A model generated the notes under the pieces. The model did not search any database, had not been told where the DNA came from, and was given only the letters and a program-made list of their open reading frames with translations. A program made the translations under genes and the position numbers. This document shows, one piece after another, positions 10,001 through 16,416 of a stretch of 64,000 nt of DNA. Every line of letters starts with the position of its first letter. The stretch's first letter is position 1. The stretch covers positions 811,988 through 875,987 of the forward strand of contig JAMPDX010000001.1 in the NCBI GenBank assembly GCA_023665425.1, read 5' to 3'. This DNA comes from Muribaculaceae bacterium. Its GTDB lineage: Bacteria; Bacteroidota; Bacteroidia; Bacteroidales; Muribaculaceae.

Positions 10001-10350
10001 GTGGCGCCGGCATCGCCGGTAATTTTGAATGAGTAGGAATATCCGGCTGTGCCTGAACTTCCTTCGTCAAGAGAGAGTGTATCGCCATTTACTTTGATGT
10101 AGCAATTGACAGGCTTTGCCGAAAATACAATTTTGTATTTGCCAACGGGAAAATTTGCAGCTTCCAAGTTTGTGGTAATTGAACCGGTACCTACGGTACA
10201 AGTGTAACTGCCACCCTCCCATTTGTTCTGATCTCCGGTAGCACCATATTGATCCCACGAAGTCTTTGTAGGGAATCCTATATTGATGTCAGCGAGAGCC
10301 GGAAAGGCTATCGGGGTCATCAAAAGAGGAATTAGGACTTTCTTTTGCAT
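4075..10350 (-). CDS. Giant (2091 aa) secreted alpha-helical fibre-like protein: signal peptide, N-terminal beta-rich head, ~1650 aa helical region, dockerin, cohesin-like module, T9SS-like tail
   Basis: Uninterrupted 6.3-kb ORF with ATG at 10350 and signal peptide MQKKVLIPLLMTPIAFPALA. The long central region is nearly free of Pro, Gly and Cys and rich in Asp, Glu, Asn, Lys, Ala, Leu and Tyr. C-terminal modules are read from the translation. Confidence 0.9.
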   Translation of the reverse strand: MQKKVLIPLLMTPIAFPALADINIGFPTKTSWDQYGATGDQNKWEGGSYTCTVGTGSITTNLEAANFPVGKYKIVFSAKPVNCYIKVNGDTLSLDEGSSGTAGYSYSFKITGDAGATLEIGADDKSMGFSFVGQTIKLVFDAKAVTADLQKQLAGLNDIALEDVNADDGFEEADKLRNKKSVIENKLANYETSGADGQTVTAWDNVWQEVLKIGGTASLSESIATYKKYGFYKVTNDLQAYLTALGAEINTYNEEVLNENTIFDKYLANLADRTSLLDGQGKLVEAINTLINDINTWEQAPDEVKADLLSEAEAQKTAIEDYEADIKKAFPYDDDKWSKREGLRKDITFASQYEELNATNTKLNAAFNQLKANYNLYYEVNFILNTKLENEYNAYIEALNAAKGVDKFPTVYEDIAKSEENVGFTTSDGNDLFSNKGANAEYNTGKGYLFPEGAWATVKDENKDKLEAVITKFTSMTEALNNLVETQNENMTTAQQQINDFNAQYSNFNNMFVDASFASEFYAEVSALGTAINTFSTYVDGKYEKHILNLDDDDYTSQIADINKKINDINTLCAKAATVNNLLIEWWEPAVTAVKNLNAGDGETATLLNENEVNIIDKWQTGFDTIKNGILALTKDQCDDSAVTDAIKTAISDTQENAENMAADFVTVIKKLNTFNSNFTDFTAFVNGKEIKTLQSVIDLKAKYLEDYAGESGKFYKELVGYKTSLNEAKRAKGQDSWDLLIALKNKLQNITELQYTDGNETITVSSVEQKFAYEASKLNGDYAQKELNAFIAAYDQAVADNVTNVAKFTLGTATATTKPLETELTNILAEIVDTATTKDLGVVDGKIIKFLDKLAEYNKKLTVAKANQAAYDSLVSTLDYLQTQIDNLTAYNENTSLPPALEYYGGEKGVIAGIQSEWNTIKDALEKSLADGTVVADMSAEEGYTYRVQNLIGNIANTRMDIEKNNKAHNDQIVREKEVRTYIESVIAAITKSAIEAGLSQEVIDKWTTPLRNLIDNDIAAENVVVTNEYGKGNSNGAHSDIMAEYQRIEDLAQDQYNEFFYENGLHKAVETANNTTTGDWNDKINSLLSQYRDAIKVYNTYYYGEGDSEENHGWRAYIHDEVKRHETLFKYYQEIHNLDDEGKKAFAAWTADNHVITNDEYQEWKDKCVAIHDSIEADLSDLWDQLDSLAAKYYDELNGKAETAISDADKALTNAGIDPEDYLKEAISYLAQAHRYYDAVGEEEHLAKKMDEICNELDEVAGAIDLQKFAEDAWTATWEIADKTIKELKADIASYDNADPDVKAAVNTAFQEYENTAIALNQQAIDSKDLINEYKEDKETLDAIIENLQGLRDEVKKINDLNVEDQTLQNNFYDKWLPDMNSTYEALVDYCNSLSGCAVTEKSKEDSPEKILERELKNIREAIELLEATVKANLGRLGTAFGDEGLEGEYEGIIGEINKAYTTAYDAEVFFLRTLLNNTKVAFNDAYEADATLPEGETYPNIDAQITKQGNGIDALGGNYDSANPAAQKDELVGYETELCRLYVMLKTAWGQKQNPIEPNPATALLDKLNNNYNTLKSKIDSGKATLDGCMDSVQEMFAGEYEALQSELDDTKVDWSDDGDRILAREGYYTKTLNEIETALNELNTKVAAEEQKAQEQKAQQEASDNQYAVLYAQYEELLKEFEDAKTLAEGYGYNIAEILSPTAERIQNLLDDALAQLESDKAAYALTAESTLLKGDEIESDIAKYKHKTVKYLANAELSNATEARNDANDKLTNLSIVPAVRAELKKQFDTLNDTLENLQLESRYADDDRLAQIAEEAKALVEEFKKINDSAQDNSFVVGDVDLDENGEVNVLDVQMLINFIGEGMTYDELYAENPRQACAADVDGNDKLNVADVTSLISMILGDEVQVVRVKAYKPAVKSDDSMSVALVGEEDGVRTYAVALSNMTAYTAAQFDIRTSGDAKVTGVATVERTEAHDAYLFDNYDYSRVILASMQNAVFTGQDGTILFIQVEGKGDLTISDAMFTDTDNNIHEISKAHTSTLDAIYDYVKDGVMSIYDAAGRRLQSLKSGINIIRHKDGSVTKEMRK
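4078..4215 (-). other. T9SS-type C-terminal sorting domain (putative)
   Basis: ...VMSIYDAAGRRLQSLKSGINIIRHKDGSVTKEMRK is similar in pattern to the tail of the neighbouring 930-aa protein. Confidence 0.55.
4231..4569 (-). other. Cohesin-like beta module following the dockerin
   Basis: SMSVALVGEEDGVRTYAVALSNMTAYTAAQFDIRTSGDAKVTGV...GTILFIQVEGKGDLTISDAMF. By-eye resemblance to cohesin. Confidence 0.4.
4621..4821 (-). other. Dockerin module (duplicated Ca-binding segment)
   Basis: GDVDLDENGEVNVLDVQMLINFI ... ADVDGNDKLNVADVTSLISMILG. Both halves fit the dockerin type I repeat. Anchor checked on DNA: ctcatcgaggtcaacatcgcc at 4801-4821 is the reverse complement of GGC GAT GTT GAC CTC GAT GAG. Confidence 0.75.
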
Positions 10351-10472
10351 TTAGTAAAATTTTAATTAGTTGTGTTATTTATTTGTTTAAAAAGATTCTA
10401 TTTTGTAGATATATGATACGATAAGGCGATGTTTTCGCTCAATTAACTATATATCTGTACAGACTTCGGATG

Positions 10473-10480
10473 CAAAGTTA
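10473..10480 (-). promoter_or_regulatory. Bacteroidetes -7 box (TAACTTTG) for the 2091-aa gene, giving a leader of roughly 115 nt
   Basis: Plus strand reads caaagtta at 10473-10480. Confidence 0.4.
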
Positions 10481-10636
10481 TAGAAAAAAGTTCGATTTAC
10501 CCCCCCAAATGTTAAATTATGTTAAAAGAAATGTTAAAGAGGTTTCAAAGTGCTTTTAAAAGTGTAAATTATGCGGCTTATAAAATTGAGTGTCAGGAGG
10601 TTAGATCTATCAAAAAATAATTTCAAACAGAGGCAA

Positions 10637-10838
10637 TGCAAGCGCTCCGCGCTTGGGTGGTATGTATGCAAGCTCTCCCCACGAAGCTCATGCCTATCGG
10701 CATTCGCATATCGTGGGGCTAAAATAATGCAAGCGCTCCGCGCTTGGTGGATGTATGTATGACTCACCCCACGAAGCTCATGCCTGTCGGCATTCGCATA
10801 TCGTGGGGTTAAAACAGTGCAAGCGCTCCGCGCTTGGG
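10637..10838. repeat. Tandem repeat, 2.2 copies of a 90/91-nt unit containing nested palindromes
   Basis: Units start at 10637, 10728 and 10818 (the last is partial). Each unit has hairpin caagcgc-tcc-gcgcttg and a larger hairpin ccccacga...atgcc-tatc-ggcat...tcgtgggg. Confidence 0.9.
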
Positions 10839-10914
10839 GAGTATATTAGGAAACTCTATCCACCGACCTGTGTGGATGTCCTATCCGCAGGTCCGGGGGA
10901 TATCGGGGTGGGGA

Positions 10915-12456
10915 TTAGGCGTTGGGGGTGTTGGTGACGCGCTCGAGCCATTTTACCATGGCGAACATGACGCCCATGGAGATGATGCAGACGGCGGCGA
11001 AGACGGCCCAAGCTACCCAGATGGGGGCGGCGTTGTAGATGAGCGGGCCTATCCACAGCAGGAGGTTACCTACGGCTGTGGCACCAAGCCATAGACCCTG
11101 ACACAGACCTTGCATGTGCTTGGGGGCTACCTTGGAGACGAAGGAGAGACCCAGAGGAGAGATGAACAGCTCGGCTACTGTCATGAAGAAGTAGTAGAGG
11201 ATAAGTACCCAAGGGCCGGCCATCATTGTGGCTTTGACTGCAGCGGCGAGGCCTTTGAAGTCGGTGGCTGAGGGATAGTTCATCACCAGTGAGAAGATCA
11301 TCATGAAGATGTATGCGATACTTGCCAGACCCATACCGATAGCAATCTTGCGGGGGGTGGATATCTCCTTGCCGCGGCGTGAGAGGGCGCTGAAGATGGC
11401 CATGATGATGGGGGTGAGCAGGATAACGAAGCAGGGGTTCATAGCTTGCCATATTTCGGGGGGTATGGCTGAGGTGTCCATGAAGTCGCGTGCAAACAGT
11501 GACATGGAGGTGCCGTTCTGGTGGAATGAGAACCAGAAGAAGATGGCGATACCGAGCACTGCAAACAGGGCATACATGCGCTGCTTGATCTCTTTGGCCA
11601 TGGCAGCTTTTTCTGCCGGGGTATAATTGGCTGTCTCTGTCTTGGCTTTTACTGAGGGATTGGGCAGCCCTTTCTTGGTGACGGCGAAGATGCACAGTGA
11701 GATCATCATGGCAGCCACTGAGGCTATGAAGGAGTAGTGCACACCGGTGTTGAAGACTTCGAGGTAGCGGGTGCAGAACTCTTGTATTTCGACCTTGCTG
11801 GCGATAGATCCACCCATGCCGGTGATGATGCTGTAGAAGTTGTTGATGGTCTCATTGGTCATGGAGTCGGCGTTGCTCAGGAATGCGTGACACATTGCGG
11901 GGAAGTCGCCATTGTATACCAGCCCGTTGGTATCGAGCCACCATGAGCGGAGCATGGGGGCGATGAACGGGGCGAGCACACCACCTATATTAATAAATAC
12001 GTAGAAGATCTGGAAACCGGCATCGCGCTGTGAAGCATACTTCGGGTTGTCATAAAGCTGACCCACGATAGCCTGCAAGTTACCCTTGAACAGACCGTTA
12101 CCGAATGCGATAAGGAACAGGGCGAAGCAGGTCAAGCTCAAGAGCCATACTTTGTTGTCCGGAGTGCTAAGGATAGGCACTGCGAGCACTACATATCCGA
12201 GAGTCATGATGATAAGGCCCTGGATAATAGTACGCTTGTAGTTTTGTGTCTTGTCGGCTATTACACCACCAACAAGAGACAACACGTAAATTCCGGCGTA
12301 GAAGAACGAGTAAATCAGAGTACTTGTCTCCTCGCTAAGTCCAAACTTGGAGCACAGGAAGAGCACGAGCACGGCGTTCATGATGTAGTAGCCGAAGCGC
12401 TCGCCCATGTTGCTCAAAGCCGCAGGAATAAGTCCTTTTGGTTGATTTTTGAACAT
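10915..12456 (-). CDS. Proton-dependent oligopeptide transporter (POT/PTR2 family, DtpT-like)
   Basis: 513-aa polytopic membrane protein. N-terminal GERFGYYIMNAVLVLFL and FYVFINIGGVLAPFIAP match the PTR2 signatures. Confidence 0.9.
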   Translation of the reverse strand: MFKNQPKGLIPAALSNMGERFGYYIMNAVLVLFLCSKFGLSEETSTLIYSFFYAGIYVLSLVGGVIADKTQNYKRTIIQGLIIMTLGYVVLAVPILSTPDNKVWLLSLTCFALFLIAFGNGLFKGNLQAIVGQLYDNPKYASQRDAGFQIFYVFINIGGVLAPFIAPMLRSWWLDTNGLVYNGDFPAMCHAFLSNADSMTNETINNFYSIITGMGGSIASKVEIQEFCTRYLEVFNTGVHYSFIASVAAMMISLCIFAVTKKGLPNPSVKAKTETANYTPAEKAAMAKEIKQRMYALFAVLGIAIFFWFSFHQNGTSMSLFARDFMDTSAIPPEIWQAMNPCFVILLTPIIMAIFSALSRRGKEISTPRKIAIGMGLASIAYIFMMIFSLVMNYPSATDFKGLAAAVKATMMAGPWVLILYYFFMTVAELFISPLGLSFVSKVAPKHMQGLCQGLWLGATAVGNLLLWIGPLIYNAAPIWVAWAVFAAVCIISMGVMFAMVKWLERVTNTPNA

Positions 12457-12518
12457 AAGGTGTTGGATTTAAGATTAGATATTTAGTTTAATTATTGTCA
12501 AGTAGAGGCTGGAGAGAG

Positions 12519-12950
12519 TTATTTCTGATGGTTGAGGGCATTAAAGGCCACGGCATACATATGTATCTGCTTGAGCATGGCCACCAAGCCGTTGGAGCGC
12601 GTGGGGGAGAGGTTCTCTTTCAGGCCGATACGCTCTATGAAGTAAAGGTCGGCATCGAGGATTTCGTGTGGTGTGCGGTGATTGAGCACACGCATGAGCA
12701 GTGCCACGATACCCTTTACAATCATGGCGTCTGAGTCGGCCTCGAAGTTGATGTATCCCTCATTGTCTTGCTGAGCCTCTATCCACACACGGCTCTGGCA
12801 TCCCTCGATCAAGTTGGCCGGAGTCTTGTATTTCTCCTCCATCGGGGGCATCTGGCTGCCGAGCTCTATGATGTATGCATAGCGGTCCATCCAGTCGGTC
12901 AGACCTTCGAATTCTTCAATTATTTCGTCTTGTACTTCGTTAATACTCAT
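12519..12950 (-). CDS. sufE: SufE-like cysteine desulfuration protein
   Basis: 143 aa with the EGCQSRVW active-site Cys motif and typical SufE length. Confidence 0.8.
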   Translation of the reverse strand: MSINEVQDEIIEEFEGLTDWMDRYAYIIELGSQMPPMEEKYKTPANLIEGCQSRVWIEAQQDNEGYINFEADSDAMIVKGIVALLMRVLNHRTPHEILDADLYFIERIGLKENLSPTRSNGLVAMLKQIHMYAVAFNALNHQK

Positions 12951-13018
12951 AGTGTTATGCTTTTAGGCTACATCCCCGCAGGGCATACTGAGGGCATCTA
13001 TCCTTGCTGTTCAATTCG

Positions 13019-13026
13019 CAAAGATA
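13019..13026 (-). promoter_or_regulatory. Candidate -7 box (TATCTTTG) upstream of sufE
   Basis: Plus strand reads caaagata. Confidence 0.35.
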
Positions 13027-13059
13027 CAACAAATATCTTGAATTAGCCGTATTTCGATA

Positions 13060-13710
13060 CTAAAAAGTTTCGCCAAGCTCCGGCACCGGCTGTTCGCGCA
13101 ACTTATACAACAGTTTGCGTTTGAGTCCCGGATTGCGGTCTGTCAGTTCGCTCAGCTCCCAGTGATGTCCGGCTTCCTCCTTGAGAAGAGGGGAGGTAGC
13201 CTCGGAGTCGGTAAGGTTCCATGTCAGGAGCACCACTTTAGTTTTCAGAGCCTTAAGTTTGCGGACAAGCATCTCATGGTCAGCGTCCCCGGTGATGAGC
13301 ACCACATAGTCAAACTTTCGGAACGTGGCCAGCTCGAAAGCCTCGAGGGCAAACCACACATCAATACCCTTTTCTATTACCTCTGTCTGCCCGTTACGTT
13401 CCACCTCTCTCAGATGCTTGTAATGAAACACCACATCATTCTCAATGAGGGTATCCTCAAATTTTCGCTCATTGTAGAGCAGGTGCTTGTCGTAAGCCTC
13501 CTTCACACGAAAGCGGCCGCGGAAGTAGTGTGCCTCTGTTATCTGGCAATCGCGCGGATTTACATGCTCCTCGCTTGCCAAACGCTCCGTTATGAAATCA
13601 AACAATGAGCGCACACGTATAATACTGTTCTCCAACTTCTTAAGCGAACGGTTCACTTTGGCATAATACCCGCCGTCAATAAACACCCCGATAGATATAT
13701 AATTCTGCAT
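13060..13710 (-). CDS. NYN-domain (LabA-like) predicted ribonuclease
   Basis: From ATG 13710: MQNYISIGVFIDGGYYAKV...EKGIDVWFALEAF...VVLITGDADHEMLV. This is the acidic-residue pattern of the NYN/LabA fold. The track ORF extends to an upstream alternative start at 13776. Confidence 0.8.
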   Translation of the reverse strand: MQNYISIGVFIDGGYYAKVNRSLKKLENSIIRVRSLFDFITERLASEEHVNPRDCQITEAHYFRGRFRVKEAYDKHLLYNERKFEDTLIENDVVFHYKHLREVERNGQTEVIEKGIDVWFALEAFELATFRKFDYVVLITGDADHEMLVRKLKALKTKVVLLTWNLTDSEATSPLLKEEAGHHWELSELTDRNPGLKRKLLYKLREQPVPELGETF

Positions 13711-13810
13711 AATATTTCCGTTTATGAGTATAACACTTCTGCACACTTCGATGTTTACAGCAAAGGTCTGCGGCAAAACCGCAGACCTTCCCTAAGTATT
13801 AAACAAGCTC

Positions 13811-14866
13811 TTAGTATTTGGTGGTCTTTATGATACAGCCGTTTCGGTCCATCTCAATTCTGTAGCGCGACTTGTCTTTCAGTACAATGGTGAATATGGT
13901 GCCGAGACGCCCACCGTACAGCATGTCACCCCCGGTTATATATCCTTTGTCTTGCATTCTCTGAAGAATTGCCAACGGACGCCCTACAAAATCGCGTTTC
14001 TTGTAAACCTCGGCCGCAACATCTCTCGGACCTTGATGTTCCTCCCTTATTTTTTTAAGCTGTCGGTCATAGTATGTATAGATGAAGGTATTGTCACCTA
14101 TTCTGTCTGCTGCTTTCCAACCGACATGATTGCCTTTCTGGTCGTAATATGCTTTTAATTGAACGCCGTCGGTCAAAGTGATATGATTACCGGAGGGCGT
14201 GTAGTAAGTTCTTATGTTACCATTAACGGTTTTGGTGACAAGAAAATCGCCGAGTCCCGCACGTATATAGCTTACGTTTCCCGCACCAAAGGGATAGGTG
14301 TGTATTATTTCCCCTTCTGTATTAGCCAAAATTGTGTTATTGTCATCTAAAGTTGCTAAAACATAGTCTACATTGCGGAAAATAAGAATATCTTTGTATT
14401 TCACAGGCAGAATTTCTTTTCCGTCGGCTTTTAAAAATCCCCAATTGCCTTTGTTATCTTTTACAGCCATGTAACCTCCTTTGTAGTATTGGGAACTGTT
14501 GGTAGTATTTTCAATTTCTGAATATTTTCCTATCACTTCACCGGTCTCCACGTTTACAAGCACTATTGAGTTGTCATCATCGGAATTTAATTCGCGATAC
14601 AATTGTGCAAGTTTGTCTTGGCTGCCTTCTATATTACTGAATGAGGAGTATATTCCAATAAAATTCAGGTCTTTGTCAAAGAAAGCCGAATAGGAATTCG
14701 TATATGTTATATATTTTTTAGTCCATAACGTGTCTGATTCCCATATATTGCCTGTTTTTGTCAGTGGACTTGTTTCATTATTCTCAATGGAATAGATGAA
14801 GTATTGCCCGGCTTTTTCAATCAGATAGTACCCGTCTTTCACCTCAGAAACCAATTTGAAATTCAT
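13811..14866 (-). CDS. WG-repeat (KWG-type beta-repeat) protein with no signal peptide
   Basis: 351 aa with repeats such as GNWGFLKADGKEILPVKYKD. The region is AT-rich. Confidence 0.75.
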   Translation of the reverse strand: MNFKLVSEVKDGYYLIEKAGQYFIYSIENNETSPLTKTGNIWESDTLWTKKYITYTNSYSAFFDKDLNFIGIYSSFSNIEGSQDKLAQLYRELNSDDDNSIVLVNVETGEVIGKYSEIENTTNSSQYYKGGYMAVKDNKGNWGFLKADGKEILPVKYKDILIFRNVDYVLATLDDNNTILANTEGEIIHTYPFGAGNVSYIRAGLGDFLVTKTVNGNIRTYYTPSGNHITLTDGVQLKAYYDQKGNHVGWKAADRIGDNTFIYTYYDRQLKKIREEHQGPRDVAAEVYKKRDFVGRPLAILQRMQDKGYITGGDMLYGGRLGTIFTIVLKDKSRYRIEMDRNGCIIKTTKY

Positions 14867-14917
14867 CGGTGAACTGCTTACTTCGCTGTTTATAAGGTCA
14901 ACCAGAACTCTGCATCC

Positions 14918-15391
14918 TTAGGTTTCATTCTGCAAGAGCAGGTATAGATGTTTTCCGTCATTAGACCATACATGGTTTGAAGTGTTTGCGGCAAAAGGCA
15001 GTACTGTCACTCCCTTTTTAGTTATAAATATATATTGGTATTTACTTTCTTCGTTATTGCGTACTGATGAAATTATCAAGTCATCAGCTAAAGGTTGCAG
15101 GTTATTTACATACAGGAATTTTTCCGGTATCACTTGCTTGCCTTTCGCGTCTATCAAGATACTGTAGCGGTCAGCGCCGTCTGCCCATGCGTATTGTTTG
15201 CCGTTCGCCTTGAGCTCGGCAAACTGTCCGGCCCATGTGTATGCCGGCTTGATTTTCCATTTCCCCGTTTAGTCAACATATCCCCACAAGCCGGTTTTGG
15301 GGTCTTGATGTGGTGTGAGATTGGTTTTGGCAGCCCATGATGTGACGGCGCACATCATCACTGCGAATAAGATTAAAAGTCGTCTTTTCAT
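14918..15391 (-). pseudogene. Secreted WG-repeat protein gene interrupted by an in-frame TAA at codon 41
   Basis: Hand translation from ATG 15391 gives MKRRLLILFAVMMCAVTSWAAKTNLTPHQDPKTGLWGYVD*TGKWKIKPAYTWAGQF.... This continues in the same frame into track ORF 14918..15157. The stop is at 15271-15269. Confidence 0.65.
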
Positions 15392-15410
15392 GTGTTTGTT
15401 GTATTGGTTT

Positions 15411-16187
15411 TTAATTTGTTGTTTCTTTTGAGATTACTGTTGTCATAAACCTGAATTTTGAGCCGATTGCCACTCCGAATTTAGATATGTCTGTTTTGTC
15501 GTATGACGTATCTTCCCATGTGAATTTATATGTGTTGTCTAATGAGAAAGACCGGTGGCTGTCAATAATCTTTTTACTTATGCTCTGCCAATGCACATCT
15601 TTTACCTCGTGATTTTCATATAATGCAAACCGCGAATGAGCCACCGTATCGGATTTAGGCTTTTCCCAAAACAGATGATTGTTGGTAATTATCATCGCAA
15701 TGCCCCCTACTATATTGGGATACATTTTGGTCAATGCCTCTATTCTCCGTATGTCCTTGCAATAATTATATGAGACAATATCCACAGCTCCTTGATTTTT
15801 GAGCATGCAAACTTGCGATTTCATCTTGCTGCCGAAACGAGTATTATTCCACAGCCCTTTCGGCAGATTGCGTGTCGCATATTTGAGCTCCAACAAAGCA
15901 TAACGTTCATCTTGGCGAACTACAATATCAACATAAATATCATTCGCCCATGGAAAATTTCCCCGGGAGTCTGTATCGTCCTCAAAACATAGTTCATTGA
16001 AAGGAACCGCGTATTCAACCATAACATCGTCGTATCTGTTCTCGCAGCTTTTCAAGTACATGGCTAAACGTACCTGCAAATCCCTTTCGTTCATCAGGGG
16101 AGTGTCAAGGTCTTTTGCGAACCGGGAAACGTCTTCATGGAGCGATTGCAGTAAATCCGTATGGTCAGTTGTTGTCATCATCTTCAT
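15411..16187 (-). CDS. PD-(D/E)xK-like nuclease-fold protein (258 aa), function unknown
   Basis: Motif order is E58 (VMVEYAV) ... D87 (IYVDIVV) ... E100-L-K102 (ALLELKY) with canonical spacing, followed by a ~90-aa C-terminal domain of unknown type. Confidence 0.6.
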   Translation of the reverse strand: MKMMTTTDHTDLLQSLHEDVSRFAKDLDTPLMNERDLQVRLAMYLKSCENRYDDVMVEYAVPFNELCFEDDTDSRGNFPWANDIYVDIVVRQDERYALLELKYATRNLPKGLWNNTRFGSKMKSQVCMLKNQGAVDIVSYNYCKDIRRIEALTKMYPNIVGGIAMIITNNHLFWEKPKSDTVAHSRFALYENHEVKDVHWQSISKKIIDSHRSFSLDNTYKFTWEDTSYDKTDISKFGVAIGSKFRFMTTVISKETTN

Positions 16188-16416
16188 GGACTATATGCAA
16201 ATATTTTGAAAATTCCCCGAAGAAATCGCGGTTCAGTACCATACAGATTTTGAGCAACAGACTGGTCTCGATGGAAGTTCTGCTGAAAATGTCGTAGACA
16301 TTGCGCCGGTCAGTGTTGATTTTGCGTGCGAAATCAATAACCGGAATTTGTTGTCTGCGTACTTCGTTCTCAATAAGGTTACCTATATGCACGGAATGGG
16401 TAGAGTCGTCTCTCAT
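16165..16416 (-). CDS. Small XRE-family helix-turn-helix protein (83 aa)
   Basis: IGNLIENEVRRQQIPVIDFARKINTDRRNVYDIFSRTSIETSLLLKICMVL fits the XRE HTH pattern. Its 3-prime end overlaps the nuclease-like ORF start by 23 nt. Confidence 0.7.
   Translation of the reverse strand: MRDDSTHSVHIGNLIENEVRRQQIPVIDFARKINTDRRNVYDIFSRTSIETSLLLKICMVLNRDFFGEFSKYLHIVHEDDDNN

Noticed and set aside
1130-10258. Many 60-230-aa ORFs on the + strand, or in other minus-strand frames, inside the two giant genes (for example 1991..2683, 4939..5526, 5560..6201, 6247..6783, 7441..8022).
   Set aside because: These are shadow ORFs produced by the biased, repeat-rich coding sequence on the minus strand. Their translations are Ser/Leu/Cys-rich nonsense. 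The minus-strand frames are uninterrupted for 2.8 and 6.3 kb.
10637-10838. Considered whether the regularly spaced 20-nt palindrome tgcaagcgctccgcgcttgg marks a small CRISPR array.
   Set aside because: The sequences between the palindromes are themselves about 90 percent identical, so this is a plain tandem repeat with no unique spacers. There are only 2.2 units and no cas genes nearby.
10534-11094. Small track ORFs (60-86 aa) across the intergenic repeat and the 3-prime end of the transporter gene.
   Set aside because: They are read through palindromic repeat DNA or overlap the POT transporter frame. They have no start context or motifs.
11066-11695. A 209-aa minus-strand ORF in an alternative frame of the POT transporter gene.
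   Set aside because: It is Arg/His/Pro-rich out-of-frame sequence. The transporter frame carries the PTR2 signatures.
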